Shown here one piece after another: positions 29,172-39,518 of a stretch of 57,594 nt of DNA (the stretch's first letter is position 1; the number at the start of each line of letters is the position of its first letter). Below the pieces are notes generated by a model. That model was not told the DNA's origin. It was given only the letters and a program-made list of their open reading frames with translations, and ran no database searches. This stretch comes from Chitinophagaceae bacterium (GTDB lineage Bacteria > Bacteroidota > Bacteroidia > Chitinophagales > Chitinophagaceae), in the NCBI GenBank assembly GCA_947380435.1, contig CANCRC010000001.1, positions 1 through 57,594 of the forward strand, read 5' to 3'. The translations under genes were made by a program, and so were the position numbers.

Positions 29172-30740
29172 TTAATTTTTATTTCTAATAGCCATTCCTT
29201 TTCTAGTACCATTGTGCTGGCCTTCATTAATAGTTAATGCACCATTCACCCATATGTACTTAAACCCTTTTGCATATTGATGCGGATCGGTATAATTCGC
29301 CATATCGGTTACTTCATTTTCATCAAAAATGACAATGTCTGCTATATAATCTTCTTTAATCAAGCCTCTATTTTTTATATTAAATTTTTCAGCAGGCAAA
29401 GAAGTCATTCTTCTAATGGCATCTTCTAAACTAATCACACCCATTTCTCTAACATATTTTCCTAACACTCTTGCATTGGTCCCATAGGCTCTTGGATGAG
29501 GCTTGCCAGCGCCCATTACAGCAATACCTGCATCACTTGCAATCATGTTAAAAGGATATTTCATAATAGCTACTACATCATTGTCACCCATACCATGGTA
29601 AACCATTTGTGCACCGCCTTTTTCAATCATTTGAATAATGGTTTCCGCTTCTGCTTTTTGATTATGTTTATTACCTAATAATAAATTTATTTCTTCAATA
29701 CTTTTTCCGTTGAAACTTGTATCGGCTCTATAACTTGCTACTACTGCATAACTAAAATGTTTTAATCCTCTTTTCTTAATAATGCCTATACTATGTTCAG
29801 CCACTCTTTTTCTAATCTCAGGTTTTTTTAATCTAGCCATAATAGAATCTTGACCATCGGATAAAACCCAGTCTGGTAACAATACGCTTAACTGTGTACT
29901 ACTTGCTGTGTATGGGTATTGATCAATGGTAACATCTATGCCTTCTTTTCTTGCATTGATCACTAATGGAATGGTTTCTTTACTTCTTCCCCAATTGTTT
30001 TGACCACTTACTTTAAAATGTGAAATTTCTACAGGTATATGCGCATCGCGTCCAACTTGTATCGCTTCATTGATTGCATCTGCTACTCTATCTTCTTCAT
30101 ATCTAATATGAGAAGAGTATACACCACCATTCGCGCTAATTACTTTTGCGAGTGCTACAATTTCTTCCGTAGGTGCATACGCACCAGGTATATAAATTAA
30201 GCCAGTAGACATACCCACTGCACCATCTTGCATTGCCTGTGCTGCTAATTTTTCCATGGTTTGCATTTCAGCTGCAGTAGCATTACGATTAGCGGTACCC
30301 ATGGCTTGCTTTCTAATGGTATTATGCCCAATCAAAGAAGCTACATTTATAGAAGTGCCTATTGAATCAATGGTATTGAAATAAGTTTTTAAATTTTCAG
30401 CAGAACCTCCGCAGTTTCCAGTAATGACTGTCGTCACTCCATCGTAAATAAAATTAGTGGCTAATGGGTTTCTTGTTTCACCTCCTTCAATATGCGCATG
30501 TACATCTATAAATCCAGGCGCAATTACCAAGCCTTTTGCATCAATTTCTTTACTAGCCTTCCAATTCTTTAAATTGCCTACTGCTACGATTTTATTATTT
30601 TGAATGGCCACATCTTTATACTGCCAGTTATTACCTGAACCATCAATGAGTTTACCGTTTCTAATAATATAGTCGGCTTGTTGTGCATTGAGTGTTAATA
30701 GGGAAACTAAACATACAGAAAGTAAAATTGTCTTTTTCAT
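29172..30740 (-). CDS. N-acyl-D-amino-acid deacylase (D-aminoacylase) family, secreted
   Basis: PGFIDVHAH, GNCG, SSHIR, ISHFK, DQYPYTASST, ASD and PHPRAYG motifs. Confidence 0.9.
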   Translation of the reverse strand: MKKTILLSVCLVSLLTLNAQQADYIIRNGKLIDGSGNNWQYKDVAIQNNKIVAVGNLKNWKASKEIDAKGLVIAPGFIDVHAHIEGGETRNPLATNFIYDGVTTVITGNCGGSAENLKTYFNTIDSIGTSINVASLIGHNTIRKQAMGTANRNATAAEMQTMEKLAAQAMQDGAVGMSTGLIYIPGAYAPTEEIVALAKVISANGGVYSSHIRYEEDRVADAINEAIQVGRDAHIPVEISHFKVSGQNNWGRSKETIPLVINARKEGIDVTIDQYPYTASSTQLSVLLPDWVLSDGQDSIMARLKKPEIRKRVAEHSIGIIKKRGLKHFSYAVVASYRADTSFNGKSIEEINLLLGNKHNQKAEAETIIQMIEKGGAQMVYHGMGDNDVVAIMKYPFNMIASDAGIAVMGAGKPHPRAYGTNARVLGKYVREMGVISLEDAIRRMTSLPAEKFNIKNRGLIKEDYIADIVIFDENEVTDMANYTDPHQYAKGFKYIWVNGALTINEGQHNGTRKGMAIRNKN

Positions 30741-30909
30741 AGTTAATGGTTGTTCTATAAATTTACTAAATCCCCTTTATATTATGGATATTAAAATGGC
30801 GATAAGCTTAAAAATTAGTAATTTTAAAGAGCTACTAATACTTATCAAATGGTCTATTTATACTTTATTTTATAAAAACCTATATTTTAAATACGCTAAT
30901 GCTAGTCTT

Positions 30910-32421
30910 ATGAAAAAATTAATTACGTCATTGTTCTGTTTGATGCTTTTAACGCAAAGCTTAGAGGCTCAAAAAACAAAAAGTTTAAAAACAGCAACTG
31001 ATACCGCTGCTGCCTTTGATGCCTATGTGCAAAAATCAATTAAGGAATGGGAAATTCCGGGACTAGCCATTGTAGTGGTTAAAAATAATAAAGTTGTTTT
31101 TAAAAATTCTTATGGTACCACTGAACTTGGAACAGGCAATAAAGTAAATAACCAAACATTATTTGCTTGCGCTTCTACTACGAAGGCCATGACTGCAACG
31201 GCCATGGGTATTTTAGTAGACCAAGGCAAAGTGAATTGGGACGATCCGGTTATAAAATATTTACCCAGCTTCAGATTATACGACCCCTATGTGACTACAC
31301 AAATGCATGTGCGCGATTTATTCTTACATAATTCTGGTGTGGGCAATACCGATTATTTATGGGCAATGAATATACTTACGAGCGATGAAATTATGGAACG
31401 CATGCAATTGGTAAAACCTTCTTATTCTTTTAGAGCGGGCTTTATTTATCAAAATATATTTTATGGTATTGCAGGAAAGGTAATTGAAAAAGTATCTGGT
31501 ATGCCATGGGAAAATTTTATTACAAAAAATATTTTCCAACCCCTAGGTATGGTAAATACACGCGCTAAATTAGCTTTAGTAACCAACCCCAATATTTCTA
31601 AACCGCATCAAAGAGTGGAGGGAAAAATTCAAGTCATAGAAAGAGATTCTGCCGATAGAATTGCTGCTGCAGGTTCTGTGTATTCCAATATTGATGAGAT
31701 TGCTCTATGGATGCAATGTATGTTGGATAGTAGTAAATATGAAGGTGGCCGATTAGTATCACCTACTACATGGACTACTTTATTGAAGCCACAAACTTTT
31801 GTGACTGAGTCAGAATTTTATCCTACTAAACAATTAACGAAACCTAATTTCACTACTTATGCCTTAGGTTGGTTTCAACAAGATTATAAAGGCAGAAAAT
31901 TAAATTTTCATACAGGAAGTTTGTCTGGAGAAATTGCGATTCATGGACAAATGCCTGAAGAAAAAACGGGGGTCTATGTTTTTGCGAACTTAGATCATGC
32001 AGAAGCAAGACATGCTTTAATGTTTAAAGCCTTTGACCAATATGCATTAGGGGGTAATACCGATTGGAGTGCCGACTTCCTAAGCTTATATGGAAACATA
32101 AGAGCTAAAGCGGCTGAGGCTAATGCAGCTGAAGAGGCAACCAGAGTGCTGAACACCAAGCCCTCACTGCCTTTGCAAGCCTATGTAGGTACCTATACCG
32201 ATCCACTATTTGGAAGTATTATTATTAGACTTGAAAATGAAACATTAGTTGCTGAAAATATTAAATTAGGCAAAGGCATTGTTTCGCATTGGAATTATGA
32301 TACATTCCAATTAGCATGGAATAAAAAATGGTATGGTAAAACTGGACTTAATTTTAGATTGAACGAGCAAGGAAAAGTAACGACAGTTGAAATGGATGGA
32401 GTCTCATTAGCAAAAAATTAA
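30910..32421 (+). CDS. Serine hydrolase of the beta-lactamase/PBP family with C-terminal DUF3471-like domain
   Basis: ASTTK (SxxK), YQN and HTG motifs; C-terminal YVGTYTDPLFG; true start at ATG 30910 gives a signal peptide. Confidence 0.88.
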   Translation: MKKLITSLFCLMLLTQSLEAQKTKSLKTATDTAAAFDAYVQKSIKEWEIPGLAIVVVKNNKVVFKNSYGTTELGTGNKVNNQTLFACASTTKAMTATAMGILVDQGKVNWDDPVIKYLPSFRLYDPYVTTQMHVRDLFLHNSGVGNTDYLWAMNILTSDEIMERMQLVKPSYSFRAGFIYQNIFYGIAGKVIEKVSGMPWENFITKNIFQPLGMVNTRAKLALVTNPNISKPHQRVEGKIQVIERDSADRIAAAGSVYSNIDEIALWMQCMLDSSKYEGGRLVSPTTWTTLLKPQTFVTESEFYPTKQLTKPNFTTYALGWFQQDYKGRKLNFHTGSLSGEIAIHGQMPEEKTGVYVFANLDHAEARHALMFKAFDQYALGGNTDWSADFLSLYGNIRAKAAEANAAEEATRVLNTKPSLPLQAYVGTYTDPLFGSIIIRLENETLVAENIKLGKGIVSHWNYDTFQLAWNKKWYGKTGLNFRLNEQGKVTTVEMDGVSLAKN

Positions 32422-32488
32422 TAGCTATACATTTTATAAAAAATTATAAAATAGAAAACTAAAAAAATGGAAAGTCAACCTTTATAAA

Positions 32489-32533
32489 AAATAACTAACT
32501 AAAAAATAGCTAATTAAATAACTAATTAAATAA
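32489..32533 (+). repeat. Short direct repeats AAATA(A/G)CTAA(C/T)T x3 directly upstream of the gamma-lyase start
   Basis: Units at 32489-32500, 32504-32515 and 32516-32527, plus a partial unit at 32528-32533. Confidence 0.5.
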
Positions 32534-32539
32534 GAGTCA

Positions 32540-33721
32540 ATGGATTTTTCTAAGTTTAAAAAAAGTACCACATCGGTTTGGGGGGGAGAAAGTGATTTAA
32601 AGGTAAGTGGTGCGGTAACTTCACCAATAGTAAACAGTGTGGCCTTTGCTTATAATGATGTAGATCATTGGCATGAAGTTTCTTTAGGCAAAGCCGAAGG
32701 TTATATTTATAGCAGAAACACCAATCCAACGGTGGCTGTTTTAGAAGAAAAAATTCGTTTGTTAGAAGGCGCTGAAGCAGCGACCTCTTTTGCAACGGGC
32801 ATGGCGGCTATTAGTAATACACTCTATACTTTTTTAACTGCGGGTAAAAGAGTAGTATCTCAAAAAGATAATTATGGCGGAACGAGTAAAATATTTTTAG
32901 ATTTTCTACCACTGTATAATGTGGAAGTGCAATTGTGTGACACTACCGATTTTGATTTATTCGAAAAAGAAATTGCGAAAGGTTGTGACCTAGTGTATTT
33001 AGAAACACCCACAAATCCTACTTTAAAAGTAGTAGACATTAAAAGATTAGCCGCTGCTGCTAAAAAAGTAGGTGCCATTGTAGTGGTTGATAATACTTTT
33101 GCTACCCCTATTAATCAAAACCCTTTAGCATTGGGTGCCGATTTAGTGATACATAGTGCTACTAAATTTTTATGTGGTCACTCCGACGCCATGGGAGGAG
33201 TTGTGGCAGGTAAAAAAGAATTGGTGCAAAAAATTTATCAGTACAGAGAAATTAACGGCGCTAGTTTACAAGCCGATCCTGCTTATATGATTGCTAGAGG
33301 CATGAAAACTTTAGAATTAAGAATTGAAAGACAAAATGCTTCTGCTTTAAAAATTGCAAACTATTTAAAAGCCCATTCAAAGGTATCCGATGTGTTTTAT
33401 CCTGGCCTTCCTACCCATCCAGGACATGCTATAGCAAAACAACAAATGTCGGGCTTTGGAGGTATTATGAGTTTTGCCTTAGATGGCGGTTATGAGCATG
33501 TAAAAAAACTATTAACTACGCTTAAATTAGTACACTTAGCGGCAAGTTTAGGCTCGGTAAGTACATTAGCAGGTCCCCCAAGAACCACTAGCCATGTGGA
33601 ATTAACCGAGGCCCAAAGAAAACTATTGGGTATACCTGAAAGCTTAATTCGTTATTCTGTGGGCATAGAAAATGTAGATGACTTATTGCAAGATTTAGAG
33701 ACGGCCTTAGCTAGTTTGTAA
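32540..33721 (+). CDS. Cys/Met-metabolism PLP-dependent enzyme (cystathionine gamma-synthase/gamma-lyase family)
   Basis: YSRNTNPT, TGMAAI, YGGT, ETPTNP, DNTFATP, HSATKFLCGH, SLG and RYSVGIE motifs. Confidence 0.9.
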   Translation: MDFSKFKKSTTSVWGGESDLKVSGAVTSPIVNSVAFAYNDVDHWHEVSLGKAEGYIYSRNTNPTVAVLEEKIRLLEGAEAATSFATGMAAISNTLYTFLTAGKRVVSQKDNYGGTSKIFLDFLPLYNVEVQLCDTTDFDLFEKEIAKGCDLVYLETPTNPTLKVVDIKRLAAAAKKVGAIVVVDNTFATPINQNPLALGADLVIHSATKFLCGHSDAMGGVVAGKKELVQKIYQYREINGASLQADPAYMIARGMKTLELRIERQNASALKIANYLKAHSKVSDVFYPGLPTHPGHAIAKQQMSGFGGIMSFALDGGYEHVKKLLTTLKLVHLAASLGSVSTLAGPPRTTSHVELTEAQRKLLGIPESLIRYSVGIENVDDLLQDLETALASL

Positions 33722-33736
33722 TAGCTAATGGCTTCG

Positions 33737-35410
33737 CTAAATTTTTGCTCCAGCACCTTTTACAAATTTTCCAGGTTTAGCATTGGTATGTTCTCCGTCT
33801 TTTAATACTTGCACACCATTTACCCAAACATGTGACATACCCGTTGCGTATTGTCTTGGTTTTTCAAAGGTGGCATGGTCTTTAATTTTACTAGGATCAA
33901 AAACTAATATGTCGGCATAGTTGCCCAGTTTTAATTCACCACGTTTTGGAATGTTTAAACTAGTAGCAGCCACTTTAGAAAGTTTATTGATGGCTTTTTC
34001 TACAGTCATTACTTTTTCTTCATTTACATAATGTCCAATGACACGTGCAAAATTTCCATAAGCACGAGGATGTGTGCTTTGTTTCATAAAAATAGGATCG
34101 GTTGATGCCGACTCTGCATCAGATCCAAAACTTACCCAAGGAAGTACGATTTGTTTTTTTATATTTTCTTCGCTCATTAAAAAATAAGCTACTTCTACAC
34201 GACTACTATCTTGAATAATTAAATCAATAGCGCAATCTTCTGGCGTGGTGTTTCTTATTTTAGCAACCTCTTCTAAAGTTTTTCCAGAATATTTTATTAA
34301 TGAATCTCTTCTAAATCCAAGTAATAAAACTTTGCTTGCACCACCTGTTCCATAGTATAAATTTTCCCAATCCTTCGCATCGGTCTTCATGGCAATTTTC
34401 ATCTCTGCTCTAATTTTTGGGTCTTGTAAACGCAACCATAATTTTCCAAAACCACCATCTTGTAAAGAAGGAGGCATAGCGGCTGTCATACCAGTAGCAC
34501 CAGCAGGATAAGTATACATATTGGCTGCAACATCAATACCAGCAGCTCTTGCAGCTTCTACTAATTTTATAACTGAATCCATTTTAGGCCAATTGTTTAC
34601 ACCCCCTGCTTTTAAATGATAAATTTCTCCATGCACTTTAGCTTCTTTAGCAATGGTTATTAATTCATTCACTGCTTGAATAAAATTATTACCCTCACTG
34701 CGCATATGTGAAATATATCCACCACCATAAGGGGCAGCGGCTTTACATAATTCAATGAGCTCTTCTGTCTTTGCAAAAAAAGCTGGCGGATAAATTAATG
34801 AACTACCCACACCCAAGGCACCTTCTTCCATGGCTTGTTTAACTAAAGCCTTCATGCTTTCTAATTCAGCAGCTGATGGAGCACGGTTGTCTTCTCCAAT
34901 AATATTTTCACGAATAGTAGTAGCACCCACAAAAGAGGCAATATTACAACTGATCCCCTTTTTTTCCATATAGTGCATGTACTCTCCTAAAGTATTCCAA
35001 GGAATAGGAAGTTTATCTGGTCCTGTTTGATCATCTTCCATAGATTTTTTCATCTTCGCATTCAAAGGGCCCATACTTCCGCCTTCTCCAAATACTTCTA
35101 GAGTAACCCCTTGTCTAATATCCCCTTGAGAATTACCATCTATAATAAGAGAGGTTGGTGCCCAGCTTAACATATTAATAAAGCCAGGTGCAATGGCCAT
35201 ACCTTTTGCATCAACTATATTGTTGGCAGTCTCCTTAGATAAATCGCCAATAAAAGCAATGGTATCATTTTTAATAGCAAGGTCGGCTTTATAAGGAGCG
35301 CCTCCATTTCCATCATACACTAATCCGTTTTTTATAATGGTGTCATATTTACTATTCGTAGTACAAGCAAATAAAAAACTAATCAAACAGATGGATAGGA
35401 ATTGTTTCAT
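33737..35410 (-). CDS. D-aminoacylase-family amidohydrolase, lipoprotein, with a variant metal site
   Basis: Lipobox LFAC; PGFINMLSWA in place of HxH; SHMR, YHLK, GSDA and HPRAYG motifs. Confidence 0.85.
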   Translation of the reverse strand: MKQFLSICLISFLFACTTNSKYDTIIKNGLVYDGNGGAPYKADLAIKNDTIAFIGDLSKETANNIVDAKGMAIAPGFINMLSWAPTSLIIDGNSQGDIRQGVTLEVFGEGGSMGPLNAKMKKSMEDDQTGPDKLPIPWNTLGEYMHYMEKKGISCNIASFVGATTIRENIIGEDNRAPSAAELESMKALVKQAMEEGALGVGSSLIYPPAFFAKTEELIELCKAAAPYGGGYISHMRSEGNNFIQAVNELITIAKEAKVHGEIYHLKAGGVNNWPKMDSVIKLVEAARAAGIDVAANMYTYPAGATGMTAAMPPSLQDGGFGKLWLRLQDPKIRAEMKIAMKTDAKDWENLYYGTGGASKVLLLGFRRDSLIKYSGKTLEEVAKIRNTTPEDCAIDLIIQDSSRVEVAYFLMSEENIKKQIVLPWVSFGSDAESASTDPIFMKQSTHPRAYGNFARVIGHYVNEEKVMTVEKAINKLSKVAATSLNIPKRGELKLGNYADILVFDPSKIKDHATFEKPRQYATGMSHVWVNGVQVLKDGEHTNAKPGKFVKGAGAKI

Positions 35411-35533
35411 GGCTTTAATTTTAAGTAAAAAGGGATTTTATTTCTTACAAGTTATCTGTAATTTAATGTTTTTTCAATAAATTTTTTTATATTCAAGTTC
35501 GCTTTTTAAGACCAAACCAAAAAACTAACGATT

Positions 35534-36772
35534 ATGTCAAAAAACATTCAAACCAACAGACTATTTGTTGCAAGCTGTCTGGCTTTATTAGTCACTTCTC
35601 TTTCCTTTGGAATTAGAGCTGGGGTACTAAGTCAACAAGGCATTGATTTTCATTTAACTAACGGTCAACTGGGTACCATTGCGTCTACTGCCTTCTTGGG
35701 TTTCCCACTTGCCATGTTAGTAGGGGGTACCATTGTAGATATTATTGGCATGAAGCGCTTATTAGTGCTTGCCTTTATATTTCATCTAGCAGGTATTGTA
35801 CTTACTATTTATGCTACAGGCTATTGGAGTTTATTTTTCTCTACTTTATTAATTGGTATTGCCAATGGTACAGTAGAAGCTTCTTGTAATCCTTTAGTAA
35901 CTGCTTTATTCCCTACCAACAAAACTACTAAATTGAACCACTTTCACTTATGGTTCCCTGGAGGTATTGTGATTGGTACTTTAATTGTATTCTTATTTAA
36001 TAAAATAGGATTAGGTATGAATTTACAAGTAGGTATGATGTTAATTCCTACAATTTTATATGGTTATTTCTTTTCTAAATTAGAATTTCCTGAAACAGAG
36101 CGTGTATCTAGCGGAGTTTCTTCATCAGAAATGTATAAGAGTTTATTAAGTCCTCTTTTTATTTTTATGATTATATGTATGTTCGGAACTGCCATCACGG
36201 AATTGTTTACTGGACAATGGATTGATATACTATTGAAAAATGTGAGTGACAATGCTATTTTGTTATTAACTATTGAAACAGGAATTATGGTGATTGGCCG
36301 TGCCTTTGCAGGTCCGGTGGTCCATAAATTTTCTCCTTCAGGTGTATTATTAATATCGGCTATTTTAGCTGCTGCTGGTTTATACTTATTAGGGCACAGT
36401 ACTGGCAATATGTTATTTGCAGGCGCTATTCTTTTCGGCATTGGCGTATGTTATTTCTGGCCAACCATGTTAGGCTTTGTTTCTGAAAACTTACCTAAGA
36501 CAGGTGCTGTAGGCATTAACTTAATGGGTGGTGCGGGTATGTTCGCTGTATCTGTTTATATGATATTTATGAGCGATTTCTATGATAAATTAGTGAATGC
36601 TAAAATACCAGTAGGAACTGCAGATGCAGACTTAGCAGCAGTTACCAACGAGGCTAAAAAATTAGCAGGTCCTGAAGTCATCAACGCCACTTTAATGATT
36701 CCATTAATTTTAATTGTTGCCTTTATTGGATTAAATATATACATGAAAAATAGAAAAGCAGCCACTGCTTAA
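35534..36772 (+). CDS. MFS transporter (sugar-type)
   Basis: About 12 TM segments; DIIGMKR motif A; NGTVEASCNP and HLWFPGG. Confidence 0.88.
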   Translation: MSKNIQTNRLFVASCLALLVTSLSFGIRAGVLSQQGIDFHLTNGQLGTIASTAFLGFPLAMLVGGTIVDIIGMKRLLVLAFIFHLAGIVLTIYATGYWSLFFSTLLIGIANGTVEASCNPLVTALFPTNKTTKLNHFHLWFPGGIVIGTLIVFLFNKIGLGMNLQVGMMLIPTILYGYFFSKLEFPETERVSSGVSSSEMYKSLLSPLFIFMIICMFGTAITELFTGQWIDILLKNVSDNAILLLTIETGIMVIGRAFAGPVVHKFSPSGVLLISAILAAAGLYLLGHSTGNMLFAGAILFGIGVCYFWPTMLGFVSENLPKTGAVGINLMGGAGMFAVSVYMIFMSDFYDKLVNAKIPVGTADADLAAVTNEAKKLAGPEVINATLMIPLILIVAFIGLNIYMKNRKAATA

Positions 36773-36790
36773 TAAATTATATGTATTATT

Positions 36791-36832
36791 AAAAATAACC
36801 CTTGTAGTCTCTGTATTACAAGGGTTATTTTT
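36791..36832 (+). terminator. Intrinsic terminator after the MFS gene
   Basis: aaaaataacccttgta...tacaagggttattttt, a 16-bp inverted repeat. Confidence 0.8.
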
Positions 36833-36874
36833 TAAATTAGTAGTATTAAAATACGATTGAATAAAGAATTCAAT

Positions 36875-37168
36875 ATGCGAACTTTTGTTTTACATTTTAC
36901 TTTTTCATTATGCTTACTATTTTTGATAGGTGCTTGCGCTTCAGCACCTAGCTATTTAAAAAATAAAGAAAAAATTGGGCAGCTGATAGATTCTACTAAA
37001 ACCACTTATGTGCTTTATGCTTATGATGAGCAGTACGCTATTGAATCTCATTATTACGACAAAGAAGGAACCTTACTCAAAGTGGTGAAATACGACGAAC
37101 TAGCACGTTCTGTTATTTATAATGTGAGGTCTAAAAAGGCAAGCGAATTAAAAACTTTGGAACAATAG
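36875..37168 (+). CDS. Small hypothetical lipoprotein
   Basis: MRTFV...LIGAC lipobox; ATG 36875 preferred over the TTG at 36857. Confidence 0.65.
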   Translation: MRTFVLHFTFSLCLLFLIGACASAPSYLKNKEKIGQLIDSTKTTYVLYAYDEQYAIESHYYDKEGTLLKVVKYDELARSVIYNVRSKKASELKTLEQ

Positions 37169-37204
37169 TAAAAAGGGCATTTTTTATAAAGACCTAAGTC
37201 ATTT

Positions 37205-39505
37205 TTATAAAGAAGCTAATACAGTATCTAAATTAGTAAGTAGGTCTTTTGCATTTTGCATAGAGAAAATAATAGGAGGTTTAATTTTAAACACATTATT
37301 ATAAGGTCCATCTACGCCCATTAAAAAACCTTTTTCTTTCATTCTTTCAACCGCTAGCTTAATAGCCTCAGAGGCTGGCTCTTTGGCCACTCTGTCTTTT
37401 ACTAATTCTACTCCAATAAATAAACCTGCACCTCTTACATCTCCAATAATGGAATGTGTATGCATAAGTGCTCTCATACCTTCCAATAAATAATTACCTA
37501 CCTGCAATGCATTTTCTTGTAAACCCTCTTGCTCAATTACTTCTAAAACAGCCAACCCCGTTGCCATTGAAACGGGGTTACCTCCATAGGTATTAAAATA
37601 CTCAATACCATTATTAAAGCTATTGGCTATTTCATCGGTCACGATGACTGCAGCTAGTGGATGACCATTACCAATGGGTTTACCCATCACGACCATATCG
37701 GGTACTACATTTTGTAATTCAAATCCCCAAAAATGAAAACCCACTCTTCCAAAGCCCACTTGTACTTCATCTGCAATACATATGCCACCTGCGGCTCTTA
37801 CATACTTATATACTTCTTTTAAATAATGGGGAGGCAGGGGCATTTGTCCACCAACACCTAAAAGTGTTTCGCAAATATAGGCAGCAGGTTTTTTATTTTC
37901 TTTTGCTAATCTGTCAATGATATTTTTTACATCCATTGCGTATTTACCTCCTGCACTAGTATCGTCATAGGTATAAGGGCCTCTATATAAATCGGGATTC
38001 ATGGCCTTATGTATCCAAGGCATTTGACCCATGCCACCTTCTCTATCAAATTTATAAGGACTCATTTCAATGGTAGCCGTTGAAGTACCATGATAAGCAT
38101 GGTCTAAAACAATGATATCTTTTTGTTTTGTGCAGTGCCTACTTATTCTAATGGCTAAATCATTGGCCTCGCTTCCACTATTGGTAAAATAACAAACATT
38201 TAAACCAGCAGGTAAACTAGCCGTTAATTTTTCTGCATACTGAATTAAATGCTCATTTAAATAACGGGTATTGGTATTTAAACTAGCAATTTGTTTTTGC
38301 ATCACCCTTACTACACTAGGATGACAATGCCCTATATGGCTTACATTATTGACACAATCAATATAGGTATTGCCTTTGTCGTCATATAAATATTGTAAGG
38401 CAGCTTTATCAATTTTTAAATGCTTTTCATAACTAATACTTAGGTTTCTTCCAATATGCGCGTTTCTTTTTGCTTCTAAATTTTTATAATTTTCTTTTTC
38501 ATTAATGATGGAACTAAAATCACAAGCCAGTCTAAAAGCATTTTCTGCTTTAATAGGATTTAGTGTAATTAAATAAGAGAGTAAATTCCAAGCAGGCTGC
38601 TCTGTTATAAAATGATGTTCGTTATTCGTTGCTAAAGAACCATTGTAGGCAGACTGTGTTACACTAATACATAATCTTGCAGCAATTAAATAATATAAAA
38701 TACTTAATTCTTTTTCTTCTAAGGCATAAGCACTATGGTATCCCTTTACTACTAAAACGGCTGCAGCTAGCGGGTCTGACTGGTGCAGCATTGCATAAGT
38801 ACAGGCCACTGCTACATTATTAATTAATGCAGTGTATACCATATCACCAAAATCAATTAGTCCTGCAATGGCATCCCCTTCCACTAATACATTATAATCA
38901 TTGGCGTCATTATGCGTATAGGCCTGTCTATAAGAAGAAAGGGTGGGTAGAACCTCAGTTTCAAATTGCAGCATAAAATAATCGGCAATTCTTTTTTTAG
39001 CAGCATCCTTTATATAGCTCATTTTATAATTCGCATCGCGTGCAGTACTTATATCCCAAGTATAATGCCTATGCATGCCCGGATGCTTAAAACTTTCAAG
39101 GCTTTTATCCATCTTGCCTAAGAAGGTTCCTAAGTTTTGAAATAAAGCTTTGTTTTTTGTTGGCGCTTCTACCCAAAAGCTACCTTCTAGAAAACTTAAT
39201 ATTCTAATATAATAAGTTTGTTCATCAACAATTATTTCTGTTAAGGTTTCTCCTTTTTTATTTAAGGTATACACTTGAAATTGTGCAGCTAAATCCGATT
39301 TTGCTAAATGTTGTAGAATTTTTACTTGTGCCTCTAAGAAAAAATAGTCGTGAGCACTATTAGAAACTTTTAAAATATTTTTCTTGCCCGATTTTTTAAC
39401 TAATAAAAAATTAAGTTCATCATAGCCATTCAGCACAGATGCTTTTACTTCTATGCCATAATAATTTGCTACCCAATTTTCAATGGTACCAATGGTAAAA
39501 TTCAT
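37205..39505 (-). CDS. Fused APH-type kinase (hydroxylysine kinase-like) and class III PLP phospho-lyase (PHYKPL/ETNPPL-like)
   Basis: Kinase half: [22 protein letters not shown] half: [47 protein letters not shown]. Confidence 0.85.
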   Translation of the reverse strand: MNFTIGTIENWVANYYGIEVKASVLNGYDELNFLLVKKSGKKNILKVSNSAHDYFFLEAQVKILQHLAKSDLAAQFQVYTLNKKGETLTEIIVDEQTYYIRILSFLEGSFWVEAPTKNKALFQNLGTFLGKMDKSLESFKHPGMHRHYTWDISTARDANYKMSYIKDAAKKRIADYFMLQFETEVLPTLSSYRQAYTHNDANDYNVLVEGDAIAGLIDFGDMVYTALINNVAVACTYAMLHQSDPLAAAVLVVKGYHSAYALEEKELSILYYLIAARLCISVTQSAYNGSLATNNEHHFITEQPAWNLLSYLITLNPIKAENAFRLACDFSSIINEKENYKNLEAKRNAHIGRNLSISYEKHLKIDKAALQYLYDDKGNTYIDCVNNVSHIGHCHPSVVRVMQKQIASLNTNTRYLNEHLIQYAEKLTASLPAGLNVCYFTNSGSEANDLAIRISRHCTKQKDIIVLDHAYHGTSTATIEMSPYKFDREGGMGQMPWIHKAMNPDLYRGPYTYDDTSAGGKYAMDVKNIIDRLAKENKKPAAYICETLLGVGGQMPLPPHYLKEVYKYVRAAGGICIADEVQVGFGRVGFHFWGFELQNVVPDMVVMGKPIGNGHPLAAVIVTDEIANSFNNGIEYFNTYGGNPVSMATGLAVLEVIEQEGLQENALQVGNYLLEGMRALMHTHSIIGDVRGAGLFIGVELVKDRVAKEPASEAIKLAVERMKEKGFLMGVDGPYNNVFKIKPPIIFSMQNAKDLLTNLDTVLASL

Positions 39506-39518
39506 GCCAACAAGTTAG

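Noticed and set aside
30688-30909. 74-aa extension of the serine hydrolase ORF
   Set aside because: TTG start overlapping the divergent gene; it spans AT-rich promoter DNA, and the signal peptide starts at 30910.
30910-32421. Beta-lactam resistance gene
   Set aside because: SxxK hydrolases with HTG and a DUF3471-like tail are generally peptidases or esterases; nothing specifically supports beta-lactamase activity.
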